Assembly (NCBI GenBank): GCA_963759415.1 | Contig: CAVWZG010000003.1 | Span: forward strand, 799,031 to 863,030 | Reading direction: 5' to 3' | DNA from: an uncultured Verrucomicrobiae bacterium | Lineage (GTDB): Bacteria; Verrucomicrobiota; Verrucomicrobiia; Limisphaerales; Palsa-1400 | DNA: 64,000 nt | Part shown: positions 19,192 through 26,993 of the stretch, in pieces | How positions within the stretch are numbered: the stretch's first letter is position 1 | Layout of the letters: every line of letters starts with the position of its first letter | Notes under the pieces: generated by a model | Databases searched by the model: none | Told to the model about the DNA's origin: nothing | What the model saw: the letters and a program-made list of their open reading frames with translations, nothing else | Position numbers and translations under genes: made by a program

Positions 19192-20499
19192 ATGATCCAA
19201 AACACCCGTTTCGTATTGTCGCAGGCCGATATTCCCAAGCAATGGTACAACCTGCAGGCCGATTTTCCCGAACCTCTTCCGCCGCCCCTGCATCCAGGCA
19301 CACGCGAACCGGTGTCGCTGGAGATGATGACGCAGATTTTCCCCGAGAACCTCGTGCGCCAGGAAATGTGCCCGGACCGCTGGGTCGAAATCCCGGATCC
19401 GGTGCGCGAAATCTATTCCCTGTGGCGGCCGACGCCGCTCTTGCGGGCCGTGCGGCTGGAGCGCGCTCTCAAAACGACGGCGCATATTTACTACAAGTAT
19501 GAAGGCGCCAGCCCCGCCGGCAGCCACAAAGTCAATACTTCGGTGCCGCAGGCCTATTTCAACAAAGTCGCCGGCACCAAGAGGCTGGCCACGGAAACGG
19601 GCGCCGGCCAATGGGGATCTTCGCTCGCTCTGGCCTGCCAGTTGTTTGGCCTCGAGTGCAACGTCTATATGGTCAAGGTCAGCTACCAGCAGAAGCCCTA
19701 TCGCCGGATGCTCATGCACACCTGGGGCGCGACCGTTAATGCCAGTCCCAGCGATCAGACCCAATACGGCCGCAAAATTCTGGCCGAAGACCCGCAATGT
19801 CCCGGCAGCCTGGGCATGGCCATCAGCGAAGCGATCGAGGACACAGTCACGCATCCCAACACCAAGTACTCGCTGGGCAGCGTCCTCAGCCACGTTTGCC
19901 TGCACCAAACGGTCATCGGCCAGGAAGCGATCCGGCAGATGGAATTGGCGGGCGAGGAGCCGGACGTCATCTTTGGCTGCGCGGGCGGCGGCAGCAATTT
20001 CGCCGGCCTGGCCTTCCCCTTCCTGCAAGGCAAAATCAAGGACAAGAAGAAATATCGCGTCGTGGCCGTGGAACCTTCCGCCTGCCCCTCCCTGACCAAG
20101 GGCGAGCTGCGCTACGATTTCGGGGACACCGCGGAAACGACGCCGCTCTTAATGATGTACACCCTCGGTCACAGGTTCATGCCGCCGTCGATTCACGCGG
20201 GCGGCCTGCGCTATCACGGCATGGCGCCCATGGTCAGCCACGCGCACAAGCTGGGCTTGATCGAGTCGCAGGCGGTTCACCAGACCAAGGTCTTTGAGGC
20301 CGGGTTGCTCTTTGCCCGCACGGAAGGAATCGTGCCCGCGCCGGAATCCGCCCATGCCATCGCGGCCGTCATCGCCGAAGCGGAGCAGGCGCGCGAGGCC
20401 GGACAGAAGCGGGTCATCCTGTTCAATCTCTCAGGGCACGGGTTGCTGGACCTCAGCGCCTACGAAACTTATTTGTTCGGCAAAATCCAGGACGTTTAA
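19192..20499 (+). CDS. trpB2: TrpB-like PLP enzyme (tryptophan synthase beta chain 2 type)
   Basis: [50 protein letters not shown]. About 435 aa, typical of TrpB2. Confidence 0.85.
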   Translation: MIQNTRFVLSQADIPKQWYNLQADFPEPLPPPLHPGTREPVSLEMMTQIFPENLVRQEMCPDRWVEIPDPVREIYSLWRPTPLLRAVRLERALKTTAHIYYKYEGASPAGSHKVNTSVPQAYFNKVAGTKRLATETGAGQWGSSLALACQLFGLECNVYMVKVSYQQKPYRRMLMHTWGATVNASPSDQTQYGRKILAEDPQCPGSLGMAISEAIEDTVTHPNTKYSLGSVLSHVCLHQTVIGQEAIRQMELAGEEPDVIFGCAGGGSNFAGLAFPFLQGKIKDKKKYRVVAVEPSACPSLTKGELRYDFGDTAETTPLLMMYTLGHRFMPPSIHAGGLRYHGMAPMVSHAHKLGLIESQAVHQTKVFEAGLLFARTEGIVPAPESAHAIAAVIAEAEQAREAGQKRVILFNLSGHGLLDLSAYETYLFGKIQDV

Positions 20500-20553
20500 A
20501 TCACAAGTCATCCACAGACCAAAAACACAAAACAAAACACAAAACAAAATCCG

Positions 20554-21456
20554 ATGAAAACCCCCAAGATTCGTTGTCTCTTCGCCCTTGCCCTGGCGGC
20601 CATTCCCGGCGCCATGCAAGCCCAACCTGACGCGCATTACGTTCCTGGCATTGAAGGAATCGGCTGCGCCACCCTGCCGCCACCCGGCTGGTACTTCCGG
20701 GATTACAACGTGTTCTATTTTGCCAACCAGGAGAACGGTTGGACAGGGCACAATCTGCACGTGCCGGGTTTGGAGGCGATGACCTACGCCAACGTCCCGC
20801 GCGCGATTTATATCAGCGACATAAAACTCTTCGGCGGCAATCTCGGCGGGGACGTCGTGCTGCCATTGATTTACAACAGCCTGCGTGCTCCTGGGTACGA
20901 CACTTGCAAGTTCGGAATCGGCGACTTCTACGGCGAGGGCACCCTTTCATGGCATCCTAAACAATTCGACATCGGGGCGGCGGTCGGTTTCTGGGCTCCT
21001 ACGGGCAGTTCAGGCGAGCCGACAAGCCCCGGACTTGGCTATTGGACGCCGGAGTTTACGCTGGGAGCAACCTGGTATCCAGACGAGGCCAAGACTTGGG
21101 CCGTTTCGGCCCTGAATCGGTATGAGTTCAACACGGCGGACCGCGACACGGAAAACACGGCCGGGCAGGCTTGGACGCTGGAATATGGCGTCAGCAAGAA
21201 GCTGCTCGACACAATTGATGTCGGTTTGGTGGGGTATTATCAGCAGAGAGTCACGGCCAGCACGGGACCCGCGACGGCGCCTCTGCCGGCGGAGGCGCAA
21301 TTCCCCTACAGCAGAGTGGCGGCCGTCGGCCCTGAGGTGAACATCTTGTTCCCCAAGCCGTTGATTTGGGTGGCCCTGCGCTATAACTATGAGTTCATGG
21401 CGGAAGACCGCGTGCAAGGCCACACCGTGGCGCTCGTGCTGACGAAGAAATTCTAA
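20554..21456 (+). CDS. Outer-membrane beta-barrel transporter (MetA-pathway-of-phenol-degradation family-like)
   Basis: Signal peptide. PDAHYVPGIEGIGCATLPPPGWYFRDYNVFY. Alternating beta-strand pattern, C-terminal F. Confidence 0.65.
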   Translation: MKTPKIRCLFALALAAIPGAMQAQPDAHYVPGIEGIGCATLPPPGWYFRDYNVFYFANQENGWTGHNLHVPGLEAMTYANVPRAIYISDIKLFGGNLGGDVVLPLIYNSLRAPGYDTCKFGIGDFYGEGTLSWHPKQFDIGAAVGFWAPTGSSGEPTSPGLGYWTPEFTLGATWYPDEAKTWAVSALNRYEFNTADRDTENTAGQAWTLEYGVSKKLLDTIDVGLVGYYQQRVTASTGPATAPLPAEAQFPYSRVAAVGPEVNILFPKPLIWVALRYNYEFMAEDRVQGHTVALVLTKKF

Positions 21457-21582
21457 GGCCCGTTACCGGCCTCGTTGGCCGGTTTGGACCAGGACGGTTT
21501 CCGATGCGCCCGTCAATACCCGCGGTAGATTGGTATCGACGAGGCGCATTAGTCTGTGGCAGTATGGCCGCCAGAAGAACCC

Positions 21583-23112
21583 ATGTTCGGCCTTTTTAAG
21601 AAACTGTTTGGGAGAACGGCCAGTCCTCCGCCCGCCGTCCAGGTGACGGAGGAACCGGTCCAGGCTCCCGCGCCCCCGATGCGCGCCGCCGCGCCCGCTC
21701 CCCTGCCCATGCGCATCCCGACGGAGAGCGGCGACATGCTCGCGTTGCCGTTGAATGAAATTCTCTCACGCCTGCCCCTCAGTCTGACAGCCCTGATTTT
21801 GTCACGACCGGGCGGAACGTTTTCTGTTCCATTAAACCTCGCTTTGGAGCAATTGCGAACGGGCGCCGTTCGGATTGCTTTCGCGCAGTTGCGCCAGAAC
21901 GCGCCTCCGGGCACCTTCGCGGACAACGCCACGCATGACGATTCTCTGATCGATTTGCCTCTGCCCATGATCTTGACCGCGATTGGCCCCAGCGCCCTGG
22001 CAAGACGTCCCGATCAAAAACAGATCGAGGTTCCTTCCGCGGTAACCGGTGTTTTCGAGGCCGGTCACGGCCAGTTCCATCGCGCCATGGTGGCGCCTTC
22101 CCCGCGGACAGCGGCGCCGACTCCAGCGCCGGCGGCGATGAGACCAGTCCCGCCCATGCCGCTCCCCACCGCGCCGAAACCGACAACTTCCATTGGTCTG
22201 GCTCCAGCCGCGCCGAAACCTCTTGCGTCTGCGCCGCTTCCGTTCACCGTCCCGAAGCCGGCCTCGCCGCCAACTCTCGCCGCGCCCGCCCCACCCGGTG
22301 ATAACGTGGTGACGACCCTGGGGGCGGTTTCGGGTGCGTGGCCCAGCCCCGTCCAGTGGGAGATTAAGCAGCACAACCTTGAGCAAGCATTGATTTCGAT
22401 CCCGCTCCTCCGTCTTGATCGGGGAATGAAAGCCGGACGGGTTGTCGTCACTTGGTCCGAAGTGGGCGGATGGTTGAGCGAACCCCTGCCGCTGTCACCC
22501 CATAAGGATAGCCAGTTGGAACTGCCGCTCAACGTCATCGCTCCCCTCTACCTTGCCAAACGCCGCTCCCTGGCCCCCCGCAAAGTCCTCGCCGTCGGCG
22601 CCGATGTGCCGGACGTTTTTGCCAGCTTGGAACAGCCAGCCACCCCTTCAGCCCCAGTCATTCCGGCGCCTTCGATTGCGGCCGCTCCGGCGCCTCTGCC
22701 CATTCCGGCGGCGCCGGCCGCGCGCCACGTTTTGGGAGAGATTTTCGGCCAGCCGTCGAAGGCAAATTGGACGCTGGAGGAAATCGCGCAAGGTATTCTG
22801 ACGCTGCCCGGGGTGTCAGGCGCGCTGCTGGCTGCGAACGATGGATTGCTGGTGGCCGGCAAGCTCCCTGCGCCGCTCAAGGCCGAGACGCTGGCTGCAT
22901 TTTTGCCCCAAATATTCACGCGCGTCAGCGGTTGCGCCGAGGAGGTCCAACTGGGAACATTGCGCGCGCTTACTCTTATGGCTGGCCAAACCCCATGCGC
23001 GATCTTCAAGGCCGGCAAGCTTTACCTGGCGGTCCTCGGCCAGCCGGGCCAGCCGTTGCCCGAGCCGGCGCTGGAACGGATAGCCGGCGAACTGCCCCAA
23101 GCGAAACCCTGA
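21583..23112 (+). CDS. Proline-rich protein with duplicated N-terminal module and C-terminal Roadblock/LC7 (MglB-like) domain
   Basis: Starts MFGLFKKLFG. C-terminal LTLPGVSGALLAANDGLLVAGKLPAPLKAETLAAFLPQIF ... TPCAIFKAGKLYLAVLG. Ends 7 nt before mglA. Confidence 0.6.
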   Translation: MFGLFKKLFGRTASPPPAVQVTEEPVQAPAPPMRAAAPAPLPMRIPTESGDMLALPLNEILSRLPLSLTALILSRPGGTFSVPLNLALEQLRTGAVRIAFAQLRQNAPPGTFADNATHDDSLIDLPLPMILTAIGPSALARRPDQKQIEVPSAVTGVFEAGHGQFHRAMVAPSPRTAAPTPAPAAMRPVPPMPLPTAPKPTTSIGLAPAAPKPLASAPLPFTVPKPASPPTLAAPAPPGDNVVTTLGAVSGAWPSPVQWEIKQHNLEQALISIPLLRLDRGMKAGRVVVTWSEVGGWLSEPLPLSPHKDSQLELPLNVIAPLYLAKRRSLAPRKVLAVGADVPDVFASLEQPATPSAPVIPAPSIAAAPAPLPIPAAPAARHVLGEIFGQPSKANWTLEEIAQGILTLPGVSGALLAANDGLLVAGKLPAPLKAETLAAFLPQIFTRVSGCAEEVQLGTLRALTLMAGQTPCAIFKAGKLYLAVLGQPGQPLPEPALERIAGELPQAKP

Positions 23113-23118
23113 TTCATT

Positions 23119-23730
23119 ATGGCGATCATCAATCAAGCGACCAAGGAACTGCAGGTCAAAATCGTGTACTACGGCCCGGGCAAGGGCGGCAAGACGACCA
23201 ACCTGGAACAAGTCCACGGCAACGTGCAGAACGTGCAGGAGAAGGGCAAACTCGTCTCCCTGGCCACCAGTTCCGATCGAACCCTGTTTTTCGATTTTCT
23301 GCCCATCGAAGCCGTGGCCATCAAAGGCTACAAAACCAAGTTCCAGCTTTATACCGTGCCCGGCCAGGTCATTTACAATACCACCCGCCAACTGGTTCTG
23401 CGCGGGGTGGACGGCATCGTCTTTGTGGCCGATTCGCAATACGATAAGATGGCCGAAAACGTGGAGAGCTTTCAGAATCTGGAAGACAACCTCAAAACGC
23501 TCAAGCTCAACTTCGAGACCATTCCCTACGTCCTCCAGTACAACAAGCGCGACCTGCCCAATGTCGCCCCCATCGAGTATATGGAGTTTCTGCTCAACAA
23601 CCGCGAGGTGCAGGTGCCTTCCTTTGCCACGGTGGCCTCCCGCTGCGAAGGCGTGTTCGAGTCCCTCAACATGATCACGCGCCTGCTGCTCCACAAGTTC
23701 ATCAACGAAGGGGAGCGTAAGCTCATTTGA
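23119..23730 (+). CDS. mglA: Ras-like small GTPase MglA
   Basis: KIVYYGPGKGGKTTNL (P-loop), DRTLFFDFLP, LYTVPGQV, YNKRDLP. Reads collinear with my recollection of Myxococcus MglA. Confidence 0.9.
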   Translation: MAIINQATKELQVKIVYYGPGKGGKTTNLEQVHGNVQNVQEKGKLVSLATSSDRTLFFDFLPIEAVAIKGYKTKFQLYTVPGQVIYNTTRQLVLRGVDGIVFVADSQYDKMAENVESFQNLEDNLKTLKLNFETIPYVLQYNKRDLPNVAPIEYMEFLLNNREVQVPSFATVASRCEGVFESLNMITRLLLHKFINEGERKLI

Positions 23731-23733
23731 TTT

Positions 23734-24219
23734 ATGCCGGGTCTCCCGCCGCTCATCGTGGAAGACGTGCAGTTGCTCGACTCGGCCCTGGATGAGTTGC
23801 TGCAAAAAAGCGACGCCACGCTCGCCCTGGTCATCGACAAAGGCGGCCCGGTCATCCATCAGCGCGGGGCCGTGGACCAATTTGACACCACCACCATTGC
23901 CGCCCTGGCGGCCGGTTCCTTTGCCGCGACCCAGGCCATCGCCGAGCGCCTGACCGAAACCCACTTCACCTCCATCTACCAACAAGGCGAGCGCCTGAGC
24001 CTGCTCTTTTGCGACATCGACGCCAACGCCCTGCTGATCATCATCTTCAGGGCGGAGTTGAGCGCCGGAGCTGTCAAGTACTACGCCGCCGCGACAACGA
24101 GCCGCATCTTCCGGCAGTTCCAGCGGGCGCGGACGCGGGCGCCGGGGCAAAGCCTGGATTTGGTGGCCGAGAACCTGCTGGACGTTTCCACCATTTTCGG
24201 CAATAAACGGCCAAGGTAA
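23734..24219 (+). CDS. mglB: Roadblock/LC7 domain protein MglB (GAP of MglA)
   Basis: LDELLQKSDATLALVIDKGGPVI ... IAALAAGSFAATQAIAERL ... LLIIIF. Starts 4 nt after the mglA stop. Confidence 0.8.
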   Translation: MPGLPPLIVEDVQLLDSALDELLQKSDATLALVIDKGGPVIHQRGAVDQFDTTTIAALAAGSFAATQAIAERLTETHFTSIYQQGERLSLLFCDIDANALLIIIFRAELSAGAVKYYAAATTSRIFRQFQRARTRAPGQSLDLVAENLLDVSTIFGNKRPR

Positions 24220-24254
24220 GGCGGGTTCGACAATATTCCCGCTCTGGGCCAATC

Positions 24255-25163
24255 CTATCCTGCCAATTCGCTCCAAAGCGCCCGGTAATAGCGCATAAAC
24301 CGGATGGCGGCGACAGGTTCCTTGGCCCCCGCCTCTTCCGGCACTCCGGCCACTTCCATGAACGTTACCCGGTCGTAGCCAATGGACCTGAGTCCAGCGA
24401 AGAGTTCGCGATAAGGGTAATCGCTCCACAGCTCGTTGATGTGGCAGGAGCGGATGTCCTTTTTGAGCAACTCGAACGACTCCTTGATCGAACCGTCCTT
24501 CACATCCGTGGGATTTGAGTTCCAGCAGATGCCCACTTTTGGATGACCGCAGTGGTCGATGATGCGCCGCATGTTGGAAGGAATCTGCGTGCCGTTGCCA
24601 TGCACTTCAACCCAGATTTCCACTCCGTGCTCATCGGCGGCCTGGCCGCATTCCTGGAGCGCCTTGCCAATCTGTTCGAGGGTCTTCTCTGTCTCCACCC
24701 CCTTGGGCAATCCGTTGGGCCGAACCTTCACTCCCTTGGCGCCCATGTCGGCCGCAAGTTGGCAGAAAGCCTTGCAAGACTCGATCTGCGCCTTGACCGT
24801 GCCGGGTTCGGGAGACTCAAATTCACAGATACTCCCGAAACTCCAAAGTCGTATCCCGGAATCCTCGAATTGCTTCTTCACATCACGCCGCTGCTCCCGT
24901 GAAAGGCTCGGTTCCACTTTGTGCGCGTGCGTCGTGCGCAGTTCGACATAGTCGTAGTGCGTGGTTTTGCACGCGGTCAGCAGCGTGGCCAGGTCCCACG
25001 AGGCGGCGATGTTGTAAGTGATGGTCCCCAGCTTAAACTTGCGCTCGCCCGCCTTCGCCACATCGACGGAGTCCGTCCTTGCCGAAACGGACTGCGCCTG
25101 GGCTGGCAGAATTGCGGCGCTGGCCAGCGCGCCGGACGAAACGATAAAATTGCGGCGATTCAT
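24255..25163 (-). CDS. Sugar-phosphate isomerase/epimerase (xylose-isomerase-like TIM barrel) with TAT signal
   Basis: MNRRNFIVSSGALASAAILPAQA twin-arginine leader. YDYVELRT ... VEVHGNG ... VTFMEV. Confidence 0.8.
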   Translation of the reverse strand: MNRRNFIVSSGALASAAILPAQAQSVSARTDSVDVAKAGERKFKLGTITYNIAASWDLATLLTACKTTHYDYVELRTTHAHKVEPSLSREQRRDVKKQFEDSGIRLWSFGSICEFESPEPGTVKAQIESCKAFCQLAADMGAKGVKVRPNGLPKGVETEKTLEQIGKALQECGQAADEHGVEIWVEVHGNGTQIPSNMRRIIDHCGHPKVGICWNSNPTDVKDGSIKESFELLKKDIRSCHINELWSDYPYRELFAGLRSIGYDRVTFMEVAGVPEEAGAKEPVAAIRFMRYYRALWSELAG

Positions 25164-25371
25164 AGAATTCAAGGCTGCGAGACTATTCGGGGAATTCCGC
25201 GGCGAACGCAACGAAAATTCACCGGAATTAATTGAGAACGATTTTTGTCCCCAGGTCCTGGTGACTTGGGGAAAATGAAGTCCGGGGTATCTTGTTGCGA
25301 GTTGAGGGTGCGGTCAGTGTGTCCCGCATCACGATTCAACAGACAATTTCTTGTTTGTTCTCATAATGAGC

Positions 25372-25403
25372 GGCCGGGCGAAAGTCCGGCCTTCTTTTTT
25401 TTT
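25372..25403 (+). terminator. Intrinsic-terminator-like hairpin + U-tract in the queE leader, with no upstream + strand gene
   Basis: GGCCGG-gcgaaagt-CCGGCC followed by TTCTTTTTTTTT. Lies 62 nt upstream of the queE ATG. Confidence 0.6.
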
Positions 25404-25464
25404 CCATCGTCTCGATCTCCGCGCCACATTTGCGACTCGTAAATGGCCCAGCGTAAATTGTAAA

Positions 25465-26208
25465 ATGCCCGCAATGTCCGAAACGCTGGTCATCAATGAA
25501 ATTTACCTGAGCGTGCAAGGCGAAAGCACCTGGGCTGGCTTGCCCTGTGTCTTCGTGCGCCTGACCGCCTGCAATTTGCGCTGCTCCTATTGCGACACCG
25601 CCTACGCTTTCGCCGCGGGCAAAGAAATGCCCCTGCCGGAAATCCTGGCACGGGTCGCCGAGTTGGCCAAACCCTTCGCCTCCCAAACCGCCGCCGGACC
25701 GCTCCCGCTGGTGGAACTGACCGGCGGCGAACCTTTGTGGCAGAAGAATTCCCTCCCCCTCATGCGCTCCCTGTGCGACGCCGGCTTCACCGTCCTGCTC
25801 GAAACCAGCGGCGCCCTGGACATTGCGCCGGTCGATGCCAGAGTCAAACGCATCATGGATTTGAAATGCCCCGGCAGCGGCGAATCCGCCCGCAACCGCT
25901 GGGAAAACCTCGCGCATCTGAAAAACACCGACGAAGTCAAATTCGTCATCGGCACCCGCCAGGACTACGACTGGGCCAGGGAAACCGTATTGACACGAGG
26001 ATTGGCGGCGATCTGCCCGGTCTTATTTTCCTGGGTCTCGCCCTTGTTGCCGCATCAGCAGGACAAGTCCTTGCGCAAGGCGCCGGCAGGCCAGGTTCCC
26101 ATGACGCGCCTCGAACTGGTGGAGCAGATCATCGCCGACGCGCTCCCCGTGCGTTTCCAACTGCAAATGCACAAATTCATCTGGCCCCCCGACCAAAAAG
26201 GCGTTTAG
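25465..26208 (+). CDS. queE: 7-carboxy-7-deazaguanine synthase (radical SAM)
   Basis: INEIYLSVQGESTWAGLPCVFVRLTACNLRCSYCDT. ELTGGEPL. Confidence 0.9.
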   Translation: MPAMSETLVINEIYLSVQGESTWAGLPCVFVRLTACNLRCSYCDTAYAFAAGKEMPLPEILARVAELAKPFASQTAAGPLPLVELTGGEPLWQKNSLPLMRSLCDAGFTVLLETSGALDIAPVDARVKRIMDLKCPGSGESARNRWENLAHLKNTDEVKFVIGTRQDYDWARETVLTRGLAAICPVLFSWVSPLLPHQQDKSLRKAPAGQVPMTRLELVEQIIADALPVRFQLQMHKFIWPPDQKGV

Positions 26209-26302
26209 GCGGTGGAAATATTCAACGAACCGGCTGCGTCCCGTTCGCACTGCCCCGCTGGTTAGTCTTGATAAACTCGATGCATTCGCTGGCCGGCAAA
26301 TC

Positions 26303-26650
26303 TCATTCAACCCGTTGTGAACCGATTTCCACAAGGTTCTCGCCGGAATCAAACAGACGCAACGTCTCCCGAAACTTCGCGGTCAATATTTCCCGCAGAG
26401 CTGCATCCGAAGTGTTGCCACAGGTCAGCCAGATGATTTTTGGGGGGCTGCCGTGACGTTCCGATAGGACGACAAAATCAATGTCTTTGGTGATGACCAC
26501 ATCGGCCGCCTTCCGTGCCTCAAAGAAGATTTGATCGTCTTCAGCTTCACGCAATCCAAGTTCCCGCACGGGCAGCGCGGTCACGTCAAATTTCTCGCTC
26601 ATCCAGCGGGCAATCCCTGGGGACAAATGTGCGTCCAGCCAAACCGTCAT
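26303..26650 (-). CDS. DUF5615 PIN-like (Mut7-C-like) putative toxin
   Basis: VWLDAHLSPGIARWM ... DDQIFFEARKAADVVITKDIDF. Four-nt overlap with the upstream DUF433 gene. Confidence 0.75.
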   Translation of the reverse strand: MTVWLDAHLSPGIARWMSEKFDVTALPVRELGLREAEDDQIFFEARKAADVVITKDIDFVVLSERHGSPPKIIWLTCGNTSDAALREILTAKFRETLRLFDSGENLVEIGSQRVE

Positions 26651-26871
26651 ACGGTCAGGACTGGGTGATCAATGCGGCGGCTGGCGAACAGGATGCAAGC
26701 CTTGAGGTCGTCAGCTTCCAAGTCAGGCATCTCGGCCAAAATCTGTGGCGCATCCAAGCCGGACGCGAACAGGTCCAGAACGTCACTAACACGAATTCGC
26801 ATCCCCCGCACGCAGGGCCGTCCGCCGCATTGCCGGGGATTCACGGTGATTCGTTCCAACAAGTTTCGCAT
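26647..26871 (-). CDS. DUF433 domain protein (putative antitoxin)
   Basis: ITVNPRQCGGRPCVRGMRIRVSDVLDLFASG ... DLEADDLKACILFA. Confidence 0.8.
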   Translation of the reverse strand: MRNLLERITVNPRQCGGRPCVRGMRIRVSDVLDLFASGLDAPQILAEMPDLEADDLKACILFASRRIDHPVLTV

Positions 26872-26993
26872 ATCTCGGCGCTACAATGCACCCAGCGGGC
26901 CGCGAAGTCAAAACCCCATGACTCGCAGCATTCTGTCTTTCGTTCATTTTGTGCTGGCCAAAGCCGCGTTCTTGAAGCAGTATAACATACGGA

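Noticed and set aside
19120-20028. 302-aa minus-strand ORF opposite trpB2, plus similar long antisense ORFs at 32273-33328 (+), 35522-36934 (+), 48613-49968 (+), 12998-14041 (+), 10879-11913 (+), 8308-9252 and 8925-9857 (+), 27708-28755 (-), 60872-61750 (-), 62946-63815 (-)
   Set aside because: All lie opposite genes with strong family motifs and have low-complexity R/G/A/H-rich translations. They are frame-shadow artefacts of high GC content.
24224-24250. GGCGGGTTCGAcaatattCCCGC, tRNA T-arm-like string
   Set aside because: The loop is 12 nt rather than 7. There are no acceptor, D or anticodon arms around it. It is just a hairpin between the convergent mglB and isomerase genes.
22816-24429. 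537-aa minus-strand ORF spanning mglA/mglB and the end of the Pro-rich gene
   Set aside because: It runs antisense to three well-supported genes. Its translation is R/G/A/L-rich low complexity, typical of shadow ORFs in GC-rich DNA, and it has no motifs.
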